The notes beneath the pieces are model-generated. The model saw only the letters and a program-made list of their open reading frames with translations. It was not told the origin of the DNA and ran no database searches. This document shows, one piece after another, positions 26,900-39,363 of a stretch of 63,473 bases of DNA. Numbering within the stretch: the first letter of the stretch is position 1; every line of letters begins with the position of its first letter. Made by a program: the position numbers and the translations under genes. Source of the DNA: Girardia tigrina (Eukaryota); assembly GCA_001938485.1 (NCBI GenBank), contig MQRK01236834.1:1-63473 (forward strand). The letters are read 5' to 3'.

Positions 26900-27995
26900 A
26901 AACTTTGTGGCATCATTTTTGAATAAACTGTTTGTCTGTCCTGAAGTGTACCATTTTTATCTGCAGATCTTTTACCAAAAACAACTTCAGCTTGACTTTT
27001 TCACTTTTTTAATAGTTAAATTCAAAGTAAACTCAATTTCCAGAAGGATTTCAGTCTTTATCGGCAATGACAAAAAAAGATTGTGGGAAGGTTTTCTATT
27101 CAAAAGCCATGAATGAGTTTATTACAAGCTTTGCACTGTGGTGTTATTTTCTAGAACAGACCAGTTTCGTCGGAGTTAAACATATCACAAGACAAATATT
27201 GGCAGAGTTTATTGCTTCCATGTATCAACAACGTTATTATTGACAGATATCAAGCACTCCTACCAATAATCATTTTCTATAAAATATTAAGGCAAAGTTT
27301 TCAACACTGAATCTATGAATGATAAACAACCTCCTTAACTCAAAATTGTTTTGCAAAGAAGTTTCCTTTTGTGTTTTATAGTCCGTCATAGATTTGAATT
27401 TGAGATGAACGACATGGGGGAACTATTGTAATAAGGCTCACTCTGCGTCTGAAAATTTATGAGAAGGACGAAAACGTTTAGTAGATTTGGAAAGTCAGTT
27501 AAAACTGAGCAGGAAACGATTTTGTCTTTTATACAAGTAACAATAGCGGAAGTTTCTTTTTTTTAATTTCCAGCAATATCACCAGCCTCATTTTACATGC
27601 CGCTGTTTTGGCATTGTTGCACTCCATATCTTGAATAATCTTCAACTTTTCAGCCTTAGTGAGATCCTTCCTTTTCGGGCGTGACAACGAACAATGGACA
27701 AATGATATTTCAACATATACTTTATCACACAATTTAAGCAAAACGTTTTTTTGTAATTTAAAATAAAATATTTTATTAATTTTTCAAAAATACTGCAATG
27801 ACAAACAATAATACTTATTGTTTCTCTTCATATACCAGATAAAAATATCGAATTTAGCGACTTTCTGAGTAACTGATTTGGAAATAAACGATAGAAGAAC
27901 ATGTGATTTAACTATAGAGGCGCTGTGGCCAGCATTTCCTTTAGTAATGTCTCGTTTTTCTATTTACCCGGCTTTGTATTATCCGGACTAGACTG
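26900..27995 (-). mobile_element. Tigger-like relic
   Basis: Terminus TA|CAGTCTAGTCCGGATAATAC; RPKRKDLTKAEKLKIIQ (psq-type HTH) and FNSDETGL motif. Left boundary is approximate. Confidence 0.6.
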
Positions 27996-29137
27996 TATGT
28001 TTACCGTATCCTTACAGAGGATGTCGATGATCAAGATCTAAACGTAGCAGGAATCAAACTTTTCTTCTCATTTTGGAGGAAAGGAACCATGTAAGGTAAA
28101 GAAATACACCAAATCAACTAATAGTAAAAATAATACACAAAAAACAAAGATATTATATTCTATAAACTCTCTGTTTCTCAATTTATATTCATCATATTTT
28201 CATTTTAATTAAAGTTATTGAAAAAGAAAAACAGTTTCCCCATTCTCTCGAATAATCTCACAAATCGTCACTGATTCTGCAGCTTCCTGTTGACAACAGA
28301 TGCCGTGTTTTATAAACGCATTATTTCGACAAAGATGCATCCAGTTAGAAACATAAATCTGAAGTTATTTACAGTCTCCCTTTCTTTTCCTTTCGTACCA
28401 CTTCACAAAATAATTATTGGAAGAGCTTTGCATGGCATTATTTACACTTGTTCTTATAGGATTAGTTGAGAAAATTAATATTTAGAATATTTTATACATA
28501 TACTGATGTAGATTATTCATCACCTCTAACGGTATCGAATTACTAATAACTATATTTAACTAGATCCGATAGAGCAGATCCAATGACGGGTTTGTTTGGG
28601 AAGCGTTCGAGTACCCTTTAAATATCAGTGGAGAACATTGGTGACCCACTGTTTCCCGCAAATGCGTTGATTCTCTAGACCAACAATCACCGATTATAAC
28701 CTACATGAGATCTGTTTCTCGTTTCATGTTCCTATTAAGATAGACGATCTCCAGTTTTGCTTGAATCGTCCCTCCATATCCGTGGATGGAGAAACTGATG
28801 GTGAATATAGAAACACGAAGTATTTTATGAGGAAAGATTTCATAGTAATTAAATATAGAAAATACAGTTTCTGATAAAAAAATTGTTTTATTATATTTAA
28901 AATTTTGTGTGGTGTAACCCCAATTTACATTTTACTTAAACAAAATCAATAATTAAAAAATAAATTTTCACATATATCAAAAAAAAGTATTTTATTAATA
29001 TAATAACTGATCAAACGTCATTTTAATTTTAAATATCAAAAGGTCCAAAATCGAAACCAATTTAATCTCATAACTTAATATTCTCAAGCAACATTTTATA
29101 ACTAGTAACTCCAGAAAAATACATTCGTTTTAAATTT

Positions 29138-29760
29138 AAAAAATTCTTAAGCCAATCAAAGTTAATTAAATTCGACGGTTTAACCGTCATCGTAAGAACA
29201 AAAGATTCTTCAAACGAAATGTACTTATATAGTGCAGTTAATGATTATGTAATCAATACGTAATCAGTACATCATTTAAAAACTCTCAACAAAGTTGTAG
29301 AGAATGAAATTTGAACGTTAATTATAGGATCCAAAGATCTTATATATAATGCTTCACATGTCACTCTCTCCCAATAACTTTTAAATTGTATGCACAGAAT
29401 TTTAAAATGTTGTGAAGTTATATCTCCTTTACAATGTCTTATATGTCCTGCAATGTTACTTCCACCTTCATTTCGACTGTGTTCCTGGATTCTAAATTTT
29501 AAAATTATTAGGAGAGAGTGACATGTGAAGCGTTATATATAAGATCTTTGGATCCTAAAATAAACGTTCAAACTGCATTCTCTACAACTTTGTTGAGAGT
29601 TTTTAAATAATGTACTGATTGCGTATTGATTGCATAATCATTAACTGCACTATATAAGTAAATTTCGTTTGAAAAATCATTTGTTCTGACGATGACGGTT
29701 AAACCGTCGAAATTAATAAACTTTGATTGGCTTGGAAATTTTTTATTTGATAATTTGCCA
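29138..29760. mobile_element. Penelope-like foldback: truncated minus-strand copy plus inverted plus-strand pLTR
   Basis: ~250-bp inverted arms (29138-29386 and 29494-29745). Minus copy encodes the endonuclease tail IQEHSRNEGGSNIAGHIRHCKGDITSQHFKILC..YWERVTCEALYIRSLDP. Confidence 0.88.
29683..29721 (+). ncRNA. Minimal type-I hammerhead ribozyme (PLE-associated)
   Basis: GTT-CTGACGA-T-GACGGTTAAACCGTC-GAAA-TTAA-TA-AAC. The partner copy at 29161-29199 (-) has core mutations (CTTACGA, GAAT). Confidence 0.78.
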
Positions 29761-30074
29761 ATTTTATTTCAATTTATTCACGTTTTAAATTTATTGTAAA
29801 ATTAAGGATTCTAGATATTCAATATAACATTGTGAGTTAAATTGATTTTTCATTATTTCAGTACAAAATATTTTAATACCGTGGGGGTCAATGAATTACG
29901 TGGATTAATTGCGATTTTAACATTTTCTTTCTTTCCTTATATTATTACTGTGTGAACACATTTGCTATGTAAGTAAGAATATTATTTATCCGATTGTATA
30001 TTGTGAAGACAATATTTCCCAGGTGTGAACATCCCAAGCTTTTCTGATTGTGTTTATACATAATATAAATATAA

Positions 30075-30285
30075 ATTGGGTGGGTTAGAAAGTCATTGTG
30101 TCATTTTCTAAGACGTATATTATTCAAAAAATGGTATAACTTTACAAACACTAAGAAACGATATACTGTCTTTTATTTTCAATCACTTTCTTCGACCTTT
30201 CTTGGAGCGTCATTATTCTGGAATCATATAAATCTTGTCTTGGTGAGGAAATAAGCGAACTAGGATCGACTTACGGTCAATATCA
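30075..30285 (-). mobile_element. mariner 3' fragment
   Basis: Minus strand reads ..SSPRQDLYDSRIMTLQERSKKVIENKRQY, followed by a TIR-like end (ttgggtgggttagaaagtcatt on +). Confidence 0.5.
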
Positions 30286-30289
30286 CTGG

Positions 30290-30706
30290 CGAATGTTTTT
30301 TCTGTTTATGGATTGTTCAGAAATATAAAAAATTAAAATATCTAGTAAATTACAACGGATTTTGCGGTCCAAGACATATCGCAGACATTCGACCCAGACA
30401 GCCTGACTTGGTTGAAAATTCCAAGTCATACTAAATGAATATGGAGGAAACTGCATCATTACCAGACAATCAAACACAAGAGGAACAATCATTGAACAGT
30501 AGGCCTAGTAGAGAAAGACGAAGACCGTCTTATCTAAATGATAACATAGTGGATTCAGATTCTTCTGTGGACGAATCTGGTAGGAGTGTTGTATATTAAA
30601 TATTTTGATTATTTAAAATATTTAATATATGCTTTTTTTGATAAATATTTTGTTTAAATATTATCAATTAAACATTGTTTTGAAAATAAACTTTTCGCGT
30701 GTAACA
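30290..30706 (+). mobile_element. Gypsy (different family) integrase tail, PPT and 120-bp 3' LTR (30587-30706)
   Basis: KYLVNYNGFCGPRHIADIRP..RPSRERRRPSYLNDNIV tail; GGTAGGAG then TGTTG...AATAAA...TAACA. Confidence 0.6.
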
Positions 30707-31857
30707 GTTTCAATAAATTTTTATAGTTTTTAAAAAAGCACAAGATTTCAAAAATAATCTAGTTTACATTTAATTAAACTATATATTTATATTTACAATT
30801 TATATTGATATTATTGGTTTGTGCAAGAAAAAGGAAAGTGTTCTTCAGAAATTTACTTAAACAAAACTTGTTTAAATATTATGCTATATTGTTGATATTA
30901 AATAAAAGTTTCATCTGAGTTTTTAACAGAACACAGCCACAAACCTAACAATACTATTGCCCAAAAATATGTAAAATTATTATGATTCGTTGGCGACTAT
31001 TGATAAATATCAAATTTTAAATTAGTAAGAGAGAAATATAAATATTTTACAAAATATGTCAATTAGACTTACGATTTCCGTTTAAGGATATCGGACAAAA
31101 ATCGTCGAAGTAATTAGCACAGATTTATTGTCCTCAACGATGATGCAGTCCAGGAGAATTACAGGAAAATAATTGAAATTTTAACAAGTTTTAGAGAAGC
31201 AATTTTATTAAAATACATAGCTTTATTTTTGGAACAGGGATAAGTTAGTAACTAAGCACTTCCTAGAAAATACGACTTATGTATTTATTTACCAAAAATC
31301 AGGGGAAGCGAAAAAAATACATGTTTCATCTGTCTCTGTTTTCGTTTTCTGAGCAAGAAAGATAGGAAACGATGGAAGACTTGTTAAAGACCAAATTACA
31401 AATATGCGATATGGCAAATGAAGGAGTGAGGATTTACAGTTAGAGTTTAGGGAAGGAAAGTAATAACGAATTCGTTATATATCAATAGATGGACAGTTAA
31501 GATGCCCTAGTAGAAATATTACACTTCTTTATATTCGAAAATAATTTTAATTGAAATAGATTGATTTTGTTTTGCATATCCATTTGTATCGTTTTTTATT
31601 GACACGCCTAAAATTTTTTATTAAAGTAGAAAAAGATAATGTAGAAAAAGATAATAACTAGAAAAAAAATTGTTTACTATTGTTTGTCTGAATTCTAAGA
31701 GTTCTGCATGAGGTCGAAAATGCAACCCACTGTCGAAACAAAATCATTAACTTCCTTGTTTTCTTCCACATACACCTTCAAACAATTTACCGAAATTTTA
31801 TTACTGAGCAAAAAAAGGTAATTTATTAATTTTGCAATATATTATTTAGTTATGTAG

Positions 31858-32050
31858 TGTGAGGAAAGTTTGATGTGCTTGAATGTCGCGTGTTGATTTA
31901 GGATTGTCTCTCCTACCCAGATGGATGACTAATATTTGATTAATAATTTCTGAAATTAAGCAAGTTTTATCATTAATTTAAATCTTGATAATTTTTTTTT
32001 AAAAAACTGAAAATTAAAAATACATATTTTAATCTGATTTATAATTTGAT
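31858..32050 (+). mobile_element. Partial LTR, Gypsy family A (+)
   Basis: TGTGAGGAAAGTTTG..GGATTGTCTCTCCTACCCAGATGGATG matches 61419-61503. Confidence 0.75.
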
Positions 32051-32063
32051 CTTATTTATTCTA

Positions 32064-32490
32064 TATTAAGACTAATATGATTTTCGACACTTATCATTAT
32101 TACAAATATCATCAAAACTTTCGTAAATTTGCATCATACAATTGAATTATAATCTTTAGTCGATTACCTGAACTATTTGATACCTGAAAATTTTTTAAAA
32201 ATATTTACCACAAACTTCATTGCTTAAAACAAAAAATAAACATTATTTATTTTAAATTAATAATTTTTTTTATTTATTTAAAAATTTAAAATAACATTTA
32301 TCAAATTATGTAAAATTTTGCAATGATATTAAAGTAAAATAAATTAATATGTTATACGTAAATTTATATCGAATTAGTTTCAGATTATAAGAATTAAAAT
32401 ATTTATCAGTCATCCGAGTGTACGAGATATTCCAAAATAAACACACGACATTTAATAAATGAACATTTAAACGCAAAACATCAAACATTG
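32064..32490 (-). mobile_element. LTR, Gypsy family A (-), facing the preceding copy
   Basis: tattaagacta.. end, shared aattagtttcagattataagaatt block, degenerate core catccgagtgtacgaga. Confidence 0.6.
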
Positions 32491-33812
32491 ATCGTGTCTC
32501 TCCATTCTCTGTACCGCTCGAGCTAGTTTTCAAACTCGCCGCGTCTGTCTTAAGCAAGCACAATCTTTAGCGTCTTCATGATTCCAATTTTTTAAATGCC
32601 ACAAAAGTTTTTGGCAAAACTCAAATAAAAATTCGCTGAAAAACGACTAATTTCAATATAGTTTTCTCGTTCTCCAATTTCCCGCTTTATATCAGATTAT
32701 TCAAACAACTTAAGTTTTCCTTCGCTACCACAATTACAAATCTGAAAATATTGCACTTATATTTGAGGAATGAGAAGAACAAAAATAGATTATAATAACG
32801 TTCCCGACGATCTAATGACCGGTACTTCTAGGATTTTAATTTATTTTAATGAAACCAGATGGTGTGAAAATTACAGAAATATTTATAGAAATTTTGTCGG
32901 AGGAAAGCAAAACGACAAGCGATTTTGGATAGAAGGAACAATGGAAAATAATCGATCATTGCACATTTGCCTCCGTAGAATCAATAATAATTGACATTGC
33001 ACCCAAATTTGTGTGGTTTCATTTATTTATGTTTCCTTTTCTGATTAGAATTCCTATTTCACACAAGAAGATTTGCTGCCAACTAAAATATCAATTACTT
33101 CACATTATATATAAATATACATAAAGAACAGAAATTATCATTTATATTTATACGTATTTAATTATTTACAATGACGTGCACGTCACGGATGAGATCTAAG
33201 ACTTGATCAGCTTTTTATAAATATTATATACATTATTGGAAATGCTTATTACATTTTTCGCCTAATGGCGAACCGCGAGCAACGCGCACTACGCATGGAT
33301 ATCGCGCAACCTCAGCGACACATTAGCTGCGCTGCGATGTCATGAATCTGAAATTTCCTTTCTTCCCTTCCTTAAAATAAATTTCCACCCTACGCAATTG
33401 AATATTTATATATTTCAGTAACGAATCACATAATAATCTGACGGATGTGAGTCAGAATTTGTTACTAAGAGAGAACATTCATCAATCATTTAAATCAAGT
33501 AATTCTTGGTGTCCAAATATTTCCAAAGGGTTCAATATTCATACTACATGGAATGAGCTCTTTAAATCGCGTATCGCAGTCAACTATAAATCGCTTATCT
33601 CAAGTTATTGTATATCTCAATTTTTTTAAAATAATAATCTTTTCTCCATTGGCGTTCTCTGGCAGATTGTAAACTAAATCGCTGGTCTCAATATTCTCAT
33701 ATCTCAATTTGTTTATGGTTCTCATTATTTGGAAATAAGAGCAGTTTAATGTAGTAAAAAATAATTATAATAATAATTATCGCAATAATAATTTAAAAAA
33801 TAATATTCTTAC

Positions 33813-33986
33813 ACATTGTATATACAGACAGGCCAAGTGATATCAGAGCAGCTATAATTAATACAATAAGGGTCAGATCTTGAATAGCTTCCCACATGAG
33901 TTGTAAAAATGTTTTTGGCGGTTTAGGTGGAATAATATTTGAACCATACGTTTCAATACGTTTGGGAAAGTCATCACACTGGAGCC
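33813..33986 (-). CDS. ATP2B: PMCA coding exon 2 (N-terminal cation-ATPase domain and TM1); absent from the ORF track
   Basis: Acceptor ttctag|GG, donor T|gtaaga. Translates (G)[57 protein letters not shown], containing the PMCA hallmark [15 protein letters not shown]. 174 nt, phase 1 to phase 1. Confidence 0.95.
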
Positions 33987-34713
33987 CTAGAATGAGTAAA
34001 AAATGTATAGATAAAGTACAGATAGAATAACAGTTGAAACTTTCAAAAAATATTTTTTAATTTCAACAAAATTCCCCAAAACATGTGGATACTATTTCTA
34101 TGAACCTAAACTCCAATAATAACAACCCTACCCTTATTTGTACACGGTACCCCATGAACCAGATATACACTTACCTCAAATGTTTTTATATTTTAATACA
34201 AAATAATTTTGTTTTATAATAAAAATAATATTATTAAAAAAATTAAGAATTATTGAGGTATGAACATTATTTTTTAAATTATTTTTCAAATGATAAATCT
34301 GTAGATGAACAGAAATCGGTACGAAGAAGAAGCAAGGTTCTTTGACCTTACTTCCTGCAAAATAATTACAAGATATTAATGTTAAATTGGATCAAAATCT
34401 GCAAGTTCATGGGAAGTATTATTGTATAATACGACATATTTAGAAGAAAGAAGATCAAAGAGAACACAAAATGCTGAAGATACGGATTCTGACAAAGAAC
34501 AAAAAGAAGTTTTTAAGATACTTCTGGAAACTATTAGGTTGTAAAATATGAAATTTTTAGACATGATTGCAATTGATTATAATTTGACAATGACTTAACA
34601 ATTTGTTGCCCAGTTGTTTTGTTTGATTGCTACATATCTTGGCTAATGAACACATTAATAAAAATTAATTAAAATTATTACGAACTCGTTTTAATAATCA
34701 GTATTTTTGAAAA

Positions 34714-35286
34714 ATGGGATCGGCAGAATTTCCTACAATTGTGAAGTTCGAGTTCATATGAGGAAAGTTAGCATCAGAAGCCATGCAAAACATCAATAGT
34801 GTAATTAGACGCAATGCTACTACACAGCAGACAATCTCAAATTGGTTCACTTAATTCTTGAAAGTTAATTTTTACAACTATAATGAGGTCGCACAGGAAC
34901 ACAGGTAGACCATAACGAACTGAAGGTAACCGTAGAGTCGGATCTATTACAAATTGCCCATCATTTATCGCTAACGTTTACTGTAACAAAGCGAGCAATA
35001 TTTAATCACTTGACTGTAATAGGTATAGTGAAAATTTTTATAAAGGGAATTCCCCATTATTTGAATTACAAACAGAAACAAAAGCGTTTGGATACTTGCT
35101 TGATGATGCTTTAACGTTATAAATGTAATCACTTTTGGAAAGGTATTGTATTTTGTGATGAAAAGAGTATCCAATATGATAGTCGAAAACGTTCAGCAAG
35201 CTGGGTAGACACGAATGAAACACAAAAACACAACTCAAAGAATAACATTAATCAAAAAAAACGGAATAACTTTCCGGGCTACTCAA
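34714..35286 (+). mobile_element. Degenerate internally deleted mariner
   Basis: IVKFEFI*GKLASEAMQNIN and IVFCDEKSIQYDSRKRSASW motifs; 3' TIR aaacggaataactttccgggctactcaa|ta. Confidence 0.65.
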
Positions 35287-35869
35287 TATTTGAAGATTTG
35301 AGATGGTCTTAATTTATCAGTTTTGAATTTTCATTAGTGGGTTATAGAGTCTTTTCAATAATAAATCACGTAATTATAGCCCATTATACGAATCAGAGCC
35401 CTTCTCTAAAACAGAAAATTCATCCCTTGAAACAAAAGAGATTCAATTTGTACAATGTAACCAAATATGAAGAACCTTAAGCGATCAACCCGATTGCGAA
35501 TACTCACTAATCAGGGCTTTAATATGATGATTTGTCTCTCCAATTTATGAGTTAAATTTATTAAATTTATTCTGCCATTTATATTCATTGAAATCTTAAA
35601 AGAATAAAATTTATTACATTGTTTTATTACATTTTTTATTATCTAAGAATACATTATAGTTATGTGACTAAATACTGCGATTAAACTAAAGATCTAGTAA
35701 ACTGTTTCTATTTATCACTTTCAAAATTTCTTGTTGATTTATTTCAATATTTATTATTTTATAATGCATTAAACAAAATATTTATTTTTTGTATAATTTC
35801 TTAATTATTATCTTAATGATTAGATTCCAAATCAAATGGAATTACTACAATAAACATATTAAATAAAAT

Positions 35870-36919
35870 AACTTAGACAACTATAACATTATTTAAGCAC
35901 CATTAAGCACCAACGTTGGCTTAAATTTTTAAGGGTCTTTGGGATAAAATATGTAGACACCCTATAGAAAGGCAAGTTCTGTACAAGATGTAGATGACAT
36001 TTTTCTTGTTTTCAGAAATGATAAATTTTTGAATATCCTCCTAATATTAAATCCATAACAGAATTAAAAGTAAATAACAAACTTCCTTTTCTTGACATTT
36101 TTGTAATTAGGATTAATGGGATATATCGAACTGCATTATACAGAAATAAAACAGATAAAGCTCTCTACACAGCGCCACGGAGCTTTTGTAAGGAAAAATA
36201 TATAGATGGTGAAATAATAAGAATTTAAAATATGTCATCAAATCTTAAAATCACAGGCCTTGCTTTAAATGTGTTTAAAGGACGCTTTAGGGACAACAAA
36301 CAGATAGATCCAAACATTCATGGTATATTTCATAACAATGTACACAAACACGGCTTAAAAAAGGACTAAAGGAAGAAAACATTAAAGAACACAATATAAT
36401 ATAATATAATATTTTGATGGATTTAGAGCATTTAAGACGAATATGTCAAAGTAGTTTCTATGAAATCCAAGTTACAAGCTTTGTCTAAAATAAATATAAA
36501 ACAATTTGTGAATTGCAAGCTAATCTGGTTTATAAATTTCATTGTCACGAGTGTAAAAACTCTTATATTGGAGAGACAAATCGTCATCTCAAAACCCGGA
36601 TTAGCGAGCACTCGCAAATGAGTCGATCGAGTAAGGTTCTTGTGAATCATTATTGATAAGACGCTACAACCCATTAATCAACATTCAAAATGGGCTAAGT
36701 AAGACCACCTCAATTTTTGAAATATTCTATTTAAGTAAATAAAAATTTTGTCCATAATATTTAATAAAATCTTGAGAAAATTATATTTACTGATAAAATC
36801 TTTCATTAATTAATATTCTATTATTTTAAACATTAAATTATATTTGCTGACAACAGAAGATGTTCAAAACATGTTTAAAAATCAATTTCTTAAAAAAAGC
36901 TTTAACAAAATTATTTTTC

Positions 36920-36920
<1 letters not shown>
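35870..36920 (+). mobile_element. Penelope-like relic (family 2)
   Basis: RT VDDIFLVF, KLPFLDIFVIR, YRTALYRNKTD; GIY-YIG NLVYKFHCHECKNSYIGETNRHL; decayed hammerhead-like end near 36845. Confidence 0.75.

Positions 36921-36924
<4 letters not shown>

Positions 36925-36970
<46 letters not shown>
36925..36970. repeat. (TA)n microsatellite
   Basis: Pure TA run. Confidence 0.95.
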
Positions 36971-36975
<5 letters not shown>

Positions 36976-37899
36976 TAGCTTTCTCCTATCTTTCGTCTTC
37001 TATAAATTGAATCCACATTACATGGACATACATAAACGACAGAAATATTTTAACATAAATATTCTCTATCAAAACAGTTTTTGCCAATGGAGAATGTTAC
37101 TGGCAACACCGGTGCAAACTGTAAATTAACTGTAAAGAAGAGATGACATTTTTGTAAAACATGTCTGCATAGATTCAGATATACAATTTGTATATGTTAA
37201 GAATAAAACTAGTTTTTATTTTTGATAAGCGTCAAAGTCGATTCACCTATTAACTGAAATCGTAATTACCTTCAAACCCTTCTGTAATAAAAAAACCTCA
37301 CTGTAAAATGTCAATAAAGAGGTGTTCCTAAGCAAGGTTGGAGACATGTTTTAGGGATTGAAGGAATCAGGGAATAGAAATTCTGTAATCTGTCGTTGTA
37401 TTACGATTCATAACGATGAAGCAGAAATGTTTCCCTTTTCCTATTAAACTAATGAAGAGAATTATTATTCATTTGAATAATTCATTCATTATTACTAATT
37501 TACTTCTCCTAACTTTTCATTATTTTACATTCAGAAAGATTTTTTTCTATTTTATAAAAGAAAAAAGTATTAAAAACATTTAATGTAGGAAAAAGATAAT
37601 GATTGGAACTAAATGTTTTATTTCGATTCAGATTGCCGCCGGCTAAGGAACAGTAATGATCCCAAGTTTCGTATTTGTTATAGTCTTGTGGCAAATCTAA
37701 CAGTCTTGCTAGAGTAAAGAGCAAGAAAAGGATTACAAAAGGTTTGGAGGCATGTCGGTCTGAAAACGTCACCTTTCGTTTATAAGTTAGATACTCACAG
37801 GAGTACAAACAGTTTACCGGGAAAATTCTATGTATTATTTTGGTAAAGAAAATTTAAAACATAACATAAAAACGAAAGTTGAAAATTTCGACAACCACG

Positions 37900-38574
37900 T
37901 CGAAAATTAGCAATTGGAAAGAGAGCTTCATATTCAGAAGATTTAAGAATAACATTTTTAAAAATATCAAAAATGTTAAGATATTTTCCGTAACATCCAA
38001 AGTAAGAAGTTACTTTACGAGTAAATCCAAAACTGACAATTTAGTGAAAGCTAATCTCGTGCACAAATTTAATTGACATGGGTGTAAAACTCGTACATGG
38101 TAGAGTCAAATCGTCATCTCAAAAAAAACGGATTAGTCGAGATAGAGTCGAGTATGTAGAGTAAGGTTTTAAATCACTGCCAAGAATGAACTTTATCAAT
38201 TTCAAAAGATCAAGTTTCTATTCATTAGAAGAATTTTGATTCACATTATCAGATGTTATATTGTGAATCATTGCTAATGAGTCACTGTAACAATTGACTA
38301 ACATCCGAAATGGGAAAAGTAAAACAGCCTCAAAATTAAATATCTTTAAATAAAATAAGTAAACTTAATTAAAAAAAAGTAACCAATAAAATATCACATT
38401 AATATTATTCTTTTATATTTTGTTATCATTATATATTTTAAAATGAAATAATTATTAAAAAAACAAATAATAAGAAAATAAATTTCAACTTAAATTAAGT
38501 TGCTGAAGATGATCAAAACATATTTAACGTTGATTTTTTAAAATGTTTTATTAAATATCCATTCTAAAAATTTC

Positions 38575-38578
<4 letters not shown>
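37900..38578 (+). mobile_element. Penelope-like relic (family 2), 3' part
   Basis: Paralogous to 36440-36900 (NLVHKFN*HGCK..ESNRHL..CESLL); remnant gttg-CTGAAGA-tgatc-aaaa-cata-tt-taac at ~38499-38529. Confidence 0.7.

Positions 38579-38616
<38 letters not shown>
38579..38616. repeat. (TA)n microsatellite
   Basis: Pure TA run. Confidence 0.95.
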
Positions 38617-38620
<4 letters not shown>

Positions 38621-38781
38621 TAGTTTCAAAAGTAATAACAAATAAATTTCCATTTGTTTATTCTTTGTAAACAAAAAAACTAATATTGATTCTGAAAAAT
38701 AATACGGGAAAGAAATGAGAAAAGTAATAAAAACTAAAGATTATTTGTTATCCTTTCACGCCTCTTTTCCTGAAACATTGT

Positions 38782-39363
38782 TGTAAGTAGCGTTTATGCG
38801 ACTTTTATTATTATCAAATTTCGAAGTCATAATTTAACACCACAAAATTTATTAATCTCAACAATTCACATATTTAAACAAATTTCTCAATAATTCAATT
38901 ATTTCGCCCAAAATTAATTCATTAATTTTTTTCGATTAAATTTTGAAAATTTACGAAATTTAAACTCTAAAATATATTTACATTTTTTACGAACTTTTAC
39001 GAAATTTAAACCTTTAAATAACTTTACATTTTTACGAAAATTTTACGAAATTTAAACTTTAAAATAATTCAAACATTTTTACGAAACTTTATCATAAAAA
39101 CTAATTAATTTAAATTTACAATAAACCCTTTTATTAAAAAAATTATTTCTTAAAATATTAATCCGTTAATTATTTATTTTAAAATTTATTTAAACTTATT
39201 TCATGACTTTTATTAAAATATATCAATTGTTATTACTGTAAGCATATTTTAAATAAGTATTTAATCATATTTTTACTCTACATTTTAATTTTTTAATTTA
39301 TTTCAAATTTGAAAAATAATAAACTATTTTTGCGAAACCTAAATTTAAACTAACCCCTACTCA
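38782..39363. mobile_element. LTR-like repeat family B, copy 1, with internal TTTTACGAAATTTAAAC tandem units
   Basis: Starts TGTAAGTAGCGTTTATG and ends AAATTTAAACTAACCCCTACTCA; colinear with 47936-48488. Confidence 0.6.
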
